Below are positions 8,670 to 16,745 of a stretch of 64,000 nucleotides of DNA, one piece after another (within the stretch, counting starts at the first letter, position 1; every line of letters starts with the position of its first letter). The notes under the pieces are model-generated. The model ran no database searches. It saw only the letters and a program-made list of their open reading frames with translations, and had not been told where the DNA came from. The translations under genes were made by a program, and so were the position numbers. Source of the DNA: an uncultured Spirochaetaceae bacterium (GTDB lineage: Bacteria; Spirochaetota; Spirochaetia; Sphaerochaetales; Sphaerochaetaceae); contig CAZHNE010000001.1 in assembly GCA_964533775.1 (NCBI GenBank), positions 3,781-67,780 on the forward strand, written 5' to 3'.

Positions 8670-9482
8670 ATGGGCGGATTATCAAACATACAAACAATTG
8701 ATATAATAAAAGCTGTTATTCAAATAGGTTTTTTAACCTGGGCTTTTTATCAATTTTATATGGCTTTAGATAGAACAAAAATTCAAAGAATGATGCAAAT
8801 GATTTTTTATGCAGCTGCTATGTATATAGTAAGTTTTGTTCTTCAATTAAACATCTTAATTAAAGTGTTTAATTTTATAGCAATCCCATACGTTGTTTTC
8901 CTTATTATAATTTTCCAAGCAGAACTAAGAAGGTCTTTTTTAACAGAAGGTCTTGGAAGATCTAGGGTAAAGTTAACTTCAATTAGTAATTACTCAGATC
9001 AAATAGATATAGTTTTAAATGCCTGCTCTGTTCTACAGAGTAAGAGGCGTGGAGCTCTTTTAGTGTTCTCACGCCGTGATAGTCTTAACTCAGTGGTAAG
9101 TTCAGGCACTATTGTTAACGCTGATTTATCGATGCAATTAATTTTAACAATATTTGATCATGATACTCCTCTTCATGATGGAGCTTTAGTAATTCAAGAT
9201 GGACGAATAAGAGCCGCTGGTTGTTATCTACCTTTAAGTGAACAAACAGATATCAAAAAAACTTTTGGTACGAGACATAGAGCAGCTTTAGGAATAAGTG
9301 AAGAAACAGATGCAATAGTAGTTGTTGTATCTGAGGAAACTGGAGCTATTACTTTAGCTTACAACGCTAGGTTGTTTTATGACCTTGAGATAGAAAACAT
9401 AAAAAGAGTTCTTTTAGCTTGGTTTAGTAACAAAGATATAAGTGAAGAAGAAGAAAAGGACGAAAAAGAAGATGAAAAATAA
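8670..9482 (+). CDS. cdaA: Diadenylate cyclase CdaA
   Basis: Three N-terminal TM segments plus a DAC domain (TPLHDGALVI...GTRHRAALGISEETDAIVVVVSEETG). Acidic C-terminal tail. Confidence 0.9.
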   Translation: MGGLSNIQTIDIIKAVIQIGFLTWAFYQFYMALDRTKIQRMMQMIFYAAAMYIVSFVLQLNILIKVFNFIAIPYVVFLIIIFQAELRRSFLTEGLGRSRVKLTSISNYSDQIDIVLNACSVLQSKRRGALLVFSRRDSLNSVVSSGTIVNADLSMQLILTIFDHDTPLHDGALVIQDGRIRAAGCYLPLSEQTDIKKTFGTRHRAALGISEETDAIVVVVSEETGAITLAYNARLFYDLEIENIKRVLLAWFSNKDISEEEEKDEKEDEK

Positions 9483-9864
9483 ACTTGCTTTATATTTATT
9501 AGACGACTGGAAACCCAAACTTATAAGTTTGTTTCTAGCTTTTTGTGTTTTTTTCTTCTACTTGTTTTCAACTAATACTAGCAGAGTTGTAACTATACCT
9601 CTTGATGTAGTCTTTCCAGCTGAATACCAAGCTGAGAGCTTAGTTCCAACAAATGTCGATTTGCAAATTAACGGTGACAACAATATAATTTATTTAATTG
9701 ATCCTACTTTAGTTAAAGCAAAAGCTGATTTTTCATCAGTAAATAAAAAAGGAATTAGTAAAGTTCCTATTGAATTACAATACGATGAGAAAATGTTTTC
9801 TAAAGGAAATATAAACCTTTCAACAAACCCATCGACTATTAAAGTTTCTTTTAAAGAGGATTAG
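9472..9864 (+). CDS. YbbR-like (CdaR-type) single-domain membrane-anchored protein
   Basis: Position immediately after cdaA, an N-terminal TM anchor and beta-rich YbbR-like sequence. The ATG at 9472 is preferred over the Lys-rich GTG extension at 9442. Confidence 0.55.
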   Translation: MKNKLALYLLDDWKPKLISLFLAFCVFFFYLFSTNTSRVVTIPLDVVFPAEYQAESLVPTNVDLQINGDNNIIYLIDPTLVKAKADFSSVNKKGISKVPIELQYDEKMFSKGNINLSTNPSTIKVSFKED

Positions 9865-9867
9865 GTT

Positions 9868-10236
9868 TTGAACAAAATTGGTGTTGATATAGTAAATATT
9901 GAAAGGTTTGAAAAATTAAAAGATTATACAGTCGATAAACTCTTTAATAAAGTTGAAGTAGAACAGGCGTTAACTTTTAGTAATAAAAAGGCAAGAGCTG
10001 AGTTTTTAGCAGGAAGATTTGCTGCAAAAGAAGCTCTTGCAAAAGCACTAGGTGTGGGCTTTACAAAATTAATTCCCTCTGAGATAGTAGTAACAAATTT
10101 AGAAAGCGGACAACCTGTGATAACCTTAGAAGGAAAAACTTTAGAAACATATCCTAATTTAAATATTCAAGTTTCAATAAGTCATGATTTTCCTTGTGCA
10201 GTTGCTGTTGTCCTAGTCGAGGAAGTTAATGGCTAG
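9868..10236 (+). CDS. acpS: Holo-ACP synthase
   Basis: N-terminus IGVDIVNIERF and FAAKEALAKALG motif. TTG start preceded by AGAGGA. Confidence 0.85.
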   Translation: MNKIGVDIVNIERFEKLKDYTVDKLFNKVEVEQALTFSNKKARAEFLAGRFAAKEALAKALGVGFTKLIPSEIVVTNLESGQPVITLEGKTLETYPNLNIQVSISHDFPCAVAVVLVEEVNG

Positions 10237-11092
10237 AATTGATTGGAAAAGACCTCCTTTAAGAGATTTAGAAGAAGGCAAAGTTAGATATAAATTAGTT
10301 GTCTCTTATGATGGGAGAGCTTTTAACGGTTGGCAAACACAGAAGAATGGTCTTGGTATCCAAGAAGTTATAGAAAAAGCTTTAAAGAAAATGCTGCGCT
10401 ACGATATTCCTATTGTAGGAGCTGGTAGAACAGATAGTGGTGTGCATGCAATGGGGCAAGTATGTCATTTTGATATTGTTGATAAAAAGATACCCTCAAG
10501 AGCTTTTCTAAATGTGCTTAATTATTATTTACCACCTACAGTTAGAATATTAGAATGTGAACAAGTAGACGGAGACTTTCATTCTCGATATACAGCATAT
10601 GGAAGAAAATATAAGTACTTGTTAAAACGAGAAAATGATATGACTCCTTCAGATAATGGGTTTGTTACTAAAGTAAAAAAGTTTCCTCCATTAGAAGTAT
10701 TAAATTCTTACGCTAAGCATATTGTAGGAACGCATGATTTTACAACATTTACAGCAAGCAAAGATGTAAGTCCTTCAAAGTGTAGAGATATGTATGAATC
10801 ATTTTGGAGAGTTGAAAAAGACAAATGGGGATATGATGTATTAACATATACTATATGTGGCAATGCTTTTTTATATAAAATGATTAGATCTCTTGTTGGT
10901 ACAATGATTGATTTTGCTATTAAAAACAAAACAAGTGAAGATTTTAAAAATGCATTACACAGTAAAAACAGAAAACTTGCAGAGAGAACAGCAAGTCCTC
11001 ATGGCCTTTATTTGTTAGAAATATCTTATGATGAAAATGATTATATGTGGTTTGAAGAAACTGCAATTCCCTTAACAAAGTTGGAAGAATAA
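10229..11092 (+). CDS. truA: tRNA pseudouridine(38-40) synthase
   Basis: YDGRAFNGWQ...GAGRTDSGVHA catalytic-Asp motif. 287 aa. Confidence 0.9.
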   Translation: MARIDWKRPPLRDLEEGKVRYKLVVSYDGRAFNGWQTQKNGLGIQEVIEKALKKMLRYDIPIVGAGRTDSGVHAMGQVCHFDIVDKKIPSRAFLNVLNYYLPPTVRILECEQVDGDFHSRYTAYGRKYKYLLKRENDMTPSDNGFVTKVKKFPPLEVLNSYAKHIVGTHDFTTFTASKDVSPSKCRDMYESFWRVEKDKWGYDVLTYTICGNAFLYKMIRSLVGTMIDFAIKNKTSEDFKNALHSKNRKLAERTASPHGLYLLEISYDENDYMWFEETAIPLTKLEE

Positions 11093-11857
11093 ATGAATAA
11101 AGAAAAACATCTTAATGAAGTTATAGAAATACTAAATATGGCTAATACTGCATTTAGTGATGATTATTTAACAAAAAAAGAAGTAAAAGAAGACAAAAAA
11201 GACAGCTTTAAAAATAAGTTAAGATATAGAGAAGAAATAAATAAAATACAAAAACAAACACAAAAAACAGAACCAACATTAAGTGCAAAGCTTCCAGTTT
11301 CTCCATTTTCAGAGAAAAATTATTTTGAGTTAGAAAAAATAGTATTAAATTGCACAAAATGCATAGCCTCTTCAACTAGAAATAGTGTCGTGTTTGGAAA
11401 AGGCGAAAAACCTGCTAAACTAATGGTAATTGGAGAAGGTCCAGGAAAAGAGGAAGATGCTAGAGGTGATTTATTTGTCGGAAAGAGTGGGCAATATCTT
11501 TATAAATGGCTTCATTCTATTAATGTAAATGTTGATAGTGAAGTTTATTTTACAAACATTGTTAAATGTTTTAGCGGATCTAATCCAACGCAGGAAATTG
11601 TCGATTCTTGCTTGCCGTATTTAGAGAGACAAATAGAGCTTGTAAATCCAAAAGTTATTTTGATATTAGGAAAAATTGCAGCAAACAATTTATTTAAAAA
11701 TGAACTAAGCTTAAATGGTATGAGAGAGAAAATACATACGTATAAAAGAATCCCTTGCATTGTTACTTATCATCCGGCTGCAGTATTAAGAAACCCTACT
11801 TGGAGAAGACCTGTTTGGGAAGATTTAAAAAAAGTTAAACAATTGATTAAAATATAA
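11093..11857 (+). CDS. Uracil-DNA glycosylase, family 4
   Basis: GEGPGKEEDARGDLFVGKSGQYL and HPAAVLRN motifs. Carries a Lys/Glu-rich N-terminal extension of about 75 aa. Confidence 0.85.
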   Translation: MNKEKHLNEVIEILNMANTAFSDDYLTKKEVKEDKKDSFKNKLRYREEINKIQKQTQKTEPTLSAKLPVSPFSEKNYFELEKIVLNCTKCIASSTRNSVVFGKGEKPAKLMVIGEGPGKEEDARGDLFVGKSGQYLYKWLHSINVNVDSEVYFTNIVKCFSGSNPTQEIVDSCLPYLERQIELVNPKVILILGKIAANNLFKNELSLNGMREKIHTYKRIPCIVTYHPAAVLRNPTWRRPVWEDLKKVKQLIKI

Positions 11858-11872
11858 GAATTAGGATTATTA

Positions 11873-13846
11873 ATGTTTGCAACAGTACTATTTGATTTAC
11901 CATTAGATACACAATTCACCTATAAAATACCAGAAGCTCTAGAAGCTTCTGTTTGTGTTGGTGTTAGGGTAAATGTGCCTTTTAGAAACTATTCTAAAAT
12001 TGGTTTTGTAGTAGAAATAGTAGAAGAATTTGAAACTAAATATAAGATTAAAGAAATTAAAAGAGTAGTTGATAAAGAACCTCTTTTTGGTGAAAACCAA
12101 ATAGAACTAGCAAAATGGATGGCCGATTTCTACCTTTGTTCAATAGGTGAAGCTCTATCTCTTCAAATTCCTGGAGGCAAAAGAGAAAAACCTATTTCAA
12201 TGAGTATCAGTGAAGAAGATATTTCAACAAGAAAAATAGATAAATTATCAACAGAGCAAGAAAAAGCTTTAAGGGTACTTAAGAAAAAAGAAAGTGCTCT
12301 TTATTACTTATATGGTGTTACAGGTTCTGGTAAAAGTGAAGTTTATTTTAGATTCGCTAAAGAGATAATAAAAGAAAACAAACAAGTTATATATTTAGTT
12401 CCAGAAATAACTCTAACTCATCAGCTAATACAGCAAGTAAGTAAACGATTCGATGAAGAAGTTGCTATATTGCACTCAGGAATGACAAAAAGCCAAAGAC
12501 TTTCTCAATGGCTAAAAATATTTAACAATGAAGTATCAATTGTAATTGGAGTAAGAAGTGCTATTTTTGCTCCATTTAATAACATTGGTTTAATTGTTAT
12601 AGATGAGGAGCATGAAAACTCTTATAAAAGCTCTCAAACTCCTCGATACCATGCCAGACAAGTAGCTCAGTATATTTGTAAAAAGCATGGCGCTACTCTT
12701 ATTATGGGAAGTGCAACTCCTTCATTAGAAGCTTATAAACTAATGAAAGAAAATCATATTAAAAAAATAGAATTATTAGACCGTGTTGGTTTTGGAGTTA
12801 TTCCAAAAATGAGAATTGTTAATATGATTAATGAAAGAGGAATTATTTCAAAAGACCTTGAAAAAGAAATTCAAAAAACAATCGAGAAGAAAAAACAAGT
12901 TATACTATTTTTAAATAGACGTGGTTTTTCATACTATTTTCACTGCAGAAGTTGTGGATATGAAATGCAATGTCCAAACTGCTCTATTTCTTTTACTTAC
13001 CATAAGAATAATAACTCAATGGTTTGTCACTATTGTGGTTATAAAACAAAACCTATTAATGTGTGCCCTGAATGTAATAGTTTAGATGTTGGCTATAGGG
13101 GTTTTGGTACTGAAATGGTTGAACAAGAAATAAAATCTTTATTTCCTTTTGCAAATGTTGATAGATTAGATGGAGATATTGCAAAAGATAAAAAACAAAT
13201 ATTTAATGTTTTAGATAAATTTAAAAATGGCGAAACAGATATTTTGTTAGGAACTCAAATGGTCGCTAAGGGATTTAACTTCCCTAATGTTGAGTTAGTT
13301 GGAATAGTTTTAGCAGATTCGGCTATGAATATTCCTGATTTTAGATCTCAAGAGAGAACTTATGCTTTAATCACACAAGTTGCTGGAAGGGCAGGACGCT
13401 TTAACGATAAAGGAAAAGTAATAATTCAAACTCTACAACCAGATAATATAGCTATTCAAAAAGCATTAAAAAGTGAAAGAGAAAGCTTTTACGATAATGA
13501 ATTAACAGTTAGAGAAGAAACTGAATTTCCTCCCTACTCAAGACAATTAAATTTAGTATTTAGAGGATTAAATAAGGATATTACTTACAGCTTTAGTGAA
13601 AAGTTTGAGGAAAAATTAAGTTATTTAAATAATTTATTACAAGAAAAAAACAATACCAGCGTTTTTATTTATGGCCCAAGTGAATGTAGTATATACAAGA
13701 TAGCGAACAACTATAGATATAACATACTTTTACAACATGATAATATTACATTTTGCCAATGGTTAGTTAAGGAAACATTAAAGCAAATTAAAGTTCCAAA
13801 TGGTATTTATGTTGAAATAGATGTAGACCCTCTTCAAATTCTATAG
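11873..13846 (+). CDS. priA: Primosomal protein N' (replication restart helicase)
   Basis: Walker A GVTGSGKSEVY, DEEH box, and Cys-rich zinc motifs (CRSCGYEMQCPNC..CHYCGY..CPEC). Confidence 0.95.
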   Translation: MFATVLFDLPLDTQFTYKIPEALEASVCVGVRVNVPFRNYSKIGFVVEIVEEFETKYKIKEIKRVVDKEPLFGENQIELAKWMADFYLCSIGEALSLQIPGGKREKPISMSISEEDISTRKIDKLSTEQEKALRVLKKKESALYYLYGVTGSGKSEVYFRFAKEIIKENKQVIYLVPEITLTHQLIQQVSKRFDEEVAILHSGMTKSQRLSQWLKIFNNEVSIVIGVRSAIFAPFNNIGLIVIDEEHENSYKSSQTPRYHARQVAQYICKKHGATLIMGSATPSLEAYKLMKENHIKKIELLDRVGFGVIPKMRIVNMINERGIISKDLEKEIQKTIEKKKQVILFLNRRGFSYYFHCRSCGYEMQCPNCSISFTYHKNNNSMVCHYCGYKTKPINVCPECNSLDVGYRGFGTEMVEQEIKSLFPFANVDRLDGDIAKDKKQIFNVLDKFKNGETDILLGTQMVAKGFNFPNVELVGIVLADSAMNIPDFRSQERTYALITQVAGRAGRFNDKGKVIIQTLQPDNIAIQKALKSERESFYDNELTVREETEFPPYSRQLNLVFRGLNKDITYSFSEKFEEKLSYLNNLLQEKNNTSVFIYGPSECSIYKIANNYRYNILLQHDNITFCQWLVKETLKQIKVPNGIYVEIDVDPLQIL

Positions 13847-13849
13847 AAT

Positions 13850-14527
13850 TTAAATCCAATCAAGTGGAAGGTTTCCACTTAGCCAATCTTTAATAAAGTT
13901 GTTATCAGCTTCTTCAAAAAGAGGATTGGTAAAACAACTTTCTAATACAGAAAATGGTACAGTACAAGAATGTGCTCCGCTTGCGTATGCGGTTATAACC
14001 TGGGAGGGAGATTTAAAAGAAGCTGCAATAATTTCACATTCAGTGTTTTCCTCTCCAATAATTTTATTTAAAGTAGAAATTGTTTTGGCTCCATCCATAA
14101 AGTTGGATTCAATTCTGTTATAATACAAAGCCAAGCTTTTTGCACCACTAAAAGCAGCCAATGCACCTTGAGCAGGTGTATAAATTAAAGTAGCTGTAAT
14201 ATTTATTCCTTTTCCTTGTAATCCTTTCATTGCTTTTATGCCTTCTTTTGTGGAAGGGATTTTAACATAAATGTTTTTCCCGAACTCGTTTTTAATATTT
14301 ATAGCTTGCTTAATAATACTCTCTGCTTCTCTTTGAGTAACTTGAATATATAGATTTTTATTTTCTCCTATAATTCTTTGTATTTCATGAAAGTGTTTTA
14401 TTGGATTTAGAATATTTTCTTTATAAACCAAACTTGGGTTCGTTGTTACACCTTTTAAAGGGAAATAGTCAAAAGCTCTTTTTATTTCTTCTAAATTTGC
14501 ACTGTCTAATATTAATTTTTTATCCAT
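13850..14527 (-). CDS. Transaldolase / fructose-6-phosphate aldolase family (short type)
   Basis: LDSANLEEIK...GVTTNPSL and VKIPST motifs. 225 aa. Confidence 0.85.
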   Translation of the reverse strand: MDKKLILDSANLEEIKRAFDYFPLKGVTTNPSLVYKENILNPIKHFHEIQRIIGENKNLYIQVTQREAESIIKQAINIKNEFGKNIYVKIPSTKEGIKAMKGLQGKGINITATLIYTPAQGALAAFSGAKSLALYYNRIESNFMDGAKTISTLNKIIGEENTECEIIAASFKSPSQVITAYASGAHSCTVPFSVLESCFTNPLFEEADNNFIKDWLSGNLPLDWI

Positions 14528-14701
14528 ACTTTTTCCCCTTAAACGAAAATACTTTTCTTTGTTTATAAATATACTATCCTACGAAGAAGTGAATTGCAAA
14601 TTTTACTTAAGTTTTAAATTCAACTCAGCGGTTTTATTGCAGGGGACGTTATATAAGATTATACTTAACTCATCTTAAGAGAGATTATAAGAAAGGAATA
14701 T

Positions 14702-15181
14702 ATGAATAAGTTATACGATGATAAAGCATTTCAAATAATGAAAATAACAGATAAAAGCTCTTCCTCGGGCTTAAATAGATTAGAAAAGATAAGAGCTTTT
14801 GCCCTAGAAGGAAATTATAAAAGTATTGGAATTGCTTACTGCATTACATTCTCAAGAGAAGTTTCTATATTAAAAAAATATTTTGAAAAAAGTTTTAAAG
14901 TTTATGCAGTTGATTGTAAATATGGTCGTTTGATAAGTAAAGATTTATTAGGAGGGCATAGCTCAAGGGTACTTTGCAATCCGGCAGGACAGGCTCAATA
15001 TTTAAATGACAAAAAGACAGACTTAAACATTTCTATTGGATTATGTGTAGGTCACGACATGATTTTTAATAAACAATCTTTAGCTCCTGTAACTTGTGTA
15101 TATACAAAGGATTCTACTAATAACAATAACATGGACAAGGCTGTACAAGAGATTAGTAAACAGTTGCTTATAAAGGAATAA
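14702..15181 (+). CDS. DUF1847-like Cys-rich putative metal-binding protein
   Basis: Pattern IGIAYCI...VDCKYG...CNPAGQA...GLCVGHD resembles the DUF1847 family. Recalled from memory, not searched. Confidence 0.55.
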   Translation: MNKLYDDKAFQIMKITDKSSSSGLNRLEKIRAFALEGNYKSIGIAYCITFSREVSILKKYFEKSFKVYAVDCKYGRLISKDLLGGHSSRVLCNPAGQAQYLNDKKTDLNISIGLCVGHDMIFNKQSLAPVTCVYTKDSTNNNNMDKAVQEISKQLLIKE

Positions 15182-15248
15182 CTTTCTTTTTTAGATATAT
15201 TTAGTTATTGTTTAACTAAATAGTTGAATCATAGTAAAATAGAAGCAC

Positions 15249-15278
15249 TTGTAAATAAATTATGATAGAAGGTATAAT
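15249..15278 (+). promoter_or_regulatory. Sigma70-like promoter for def-fmt
   Basis: TTGTAA, 18-nt spacer, TATAAT. Confidence 0.45.
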
Positions 15279-15315
15279 ATTAGTATTAAGAATACAGTAT
15301 AAATAAAGGATGATT

Positions 15316-15822
15316 ATGTTAGAAATATATACAATAGGGGAAGAGGTCCTCAGAAATAAAAGCAAGAAAGTTGATAAGTTTGATTCAGCTTTAAAGTTGC
15401 TTGTAGAAGCTATGTTTGAAAAAATGGATGAAGCTGATGGTGTTGGATTAGCAGCACCACAAGTTGGTGTAAACTTAAGAGTTTTTGTTATTGATGATCG
15501 TAATGGAATTAAAAAAGCTTTTATCAATCCTGAAATTGTTGAAACATCAATGGAAGAGTGTGAAATGGAAGAAGGCTGTTTGTCAGTTCCTGGTGTTTAT
15601 TCATTTCTTAGCAGAAGTGAGAGAGTTACAGTTCAAGCACAAGATATAAATGGTAAAACCTTTAGAATGGAAGCTGATGGTCTTTTTGCTAGAGCTATTC
15701 AACATGAAAACGATCATTTAAATGGAGTTTTATTTGTAGATAGGTTAGATGATAAAACAAGAACTAAAGTTATTAGAACTTATGAACGTCATCATAAAAT
15801 GAAAAGAGGATCGATTAAGTGA
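15316..15822 (+). CDS. def: Peptide deformylase
   Basis: GVGLAAPQVG, EGCLSVPG and HENDH motifs. AAAGGA lies 5 nt before the ATG at 15316. Confidence 0.9.
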   Translation: MLEIYTIGEEVLRNKSKKVDKFDSALKLLVEAMFEKMDEADGVGLAAPQVGVNLRVFVIDDRNGIKKAFINPEIVETSMEECEMEEGCLSVPGVYSFLSRSERVTVQAQDINGKTFRMEADGLFARAIQHENDHLNGVLFVDRLDDKTRTKVIRTYERHHKMKRGSIK

Positions 15823-16742
15823 GAATATTATTTGCCGGGACTGCTGAAATAGGTGTTTTAACATTAAGGGAATTAGCTAATAATTTTGAAGTTGGATTAG
15901 TGCTTACCAACCCCGATAGACCTAAAGGAAGAAGTAAGAAGTTAATACCTTCTCCTATAAAAGAAGAAGCAATTAATTTAAATATTCCACTTTTACAGCC
16001 AGAAAGGCTTAGGGGCGATGTCCTTAAAGAAGTTGCTTCTTATAATTGTGATATATTAATTTGTTTTGCTTATGGGAAGATTTTTGGACCAAGGTTTTTA
16101 TCCATGTTTAAGGGAGGATGCTATAACATTCACCCATCGAGACTTCCTCAGTTTAGAGGGAGTTCACCAATTCAATACACAATTCTTAACAATTTAAAAA
16201 AAACAGCTATCACAATTCAAAAACTAAGTCTTGAAGTTGATAGTGGAGATATATTATCAACATTAGATGTTGATGTAAGTGAAAATGAAACAACACTTTC
16301 TCTTACAAACAAAGTCCAAGCCCTAAGTGCTCCTTTTGCTGTTGAAACATTTAAACGCTTTGAAAGAGGTGAAATTCAAACAACTCCTCAACAGGGTGAA
16401 ATTTCCTTTACTAATCTATTTAAAAAAGAAGATGGGCTTATTGATTGGAATAAAAGTGCAACTGAAATTAGTGCTCAAATTAGAGCTTTTATACCATGGC
16501 CAAAAGCTTTTACTACTTATGATGATAAAACATTGTTTCTCACTGGAGTCTATGGTGTAATAGAAGATACTTACAAAACCCCTGGGGTTGTTGTAGAAAG
16601 TATAAAAAAACAAGGCCTTGTAATAGCTTGCAAAACAGGTTCCATCATAATTAATCGACTTCAACTGCAAGGAAAAAAAGAAATGGATTTTATTTCTTTT
16701 ATTAATGGAAACAGAGAGATTATATCCTCTAAGTTAGGTTAA
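15819..16742 (+). CDS. fmt: Methionyl-tRNA formyltransferase
   Basis: MRILFAGT N-terminus, NIHPSRLPQFRGSSPIQ motif, GTG start overlapping the def stop. Confidence 0.9.
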   Translation: MRILFAGTAEIGVLTLRELANNFEVGLVLTNPDRPKGRSKKLIPSPIKEEAINLNIPLLQPERLRGDVLKEVASYNCDILICFAYGKIFGPRFLSMFKGGCYNIHPSRLPQFRGSSPIQYTILNNLKKTAITIQKLSLEVDSGDILSTLDVDVSENETTLSLTNKVQALSAPFAVETFKRFERGEIQTTPQQGEISFTNLFKKEDGLIDWNKSATEISAQIRAFIPWPKAFTTYDDKTLFLTGVYGVIEDTYKTPGVVVESIKKQGLVIACKTGSIIINRLQLQGKKEMDFISFINGNREIISSKLG

Positions 16743-16745
16743 AAA

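Noticed and set aside
9442-9471. N-terminally extended starts given by the ORF track (9442, 6054, 15310, 21334, 31208, 31076, 38392, 40355, 48418, 61582, 34686)
   Set aside because: In each case an in-frame downstream ATG, GTG or TTG has a properly spaced GGAG-type RBS and matches the family's normal N-terminus. The extensions overlap promoters or upstream genes.
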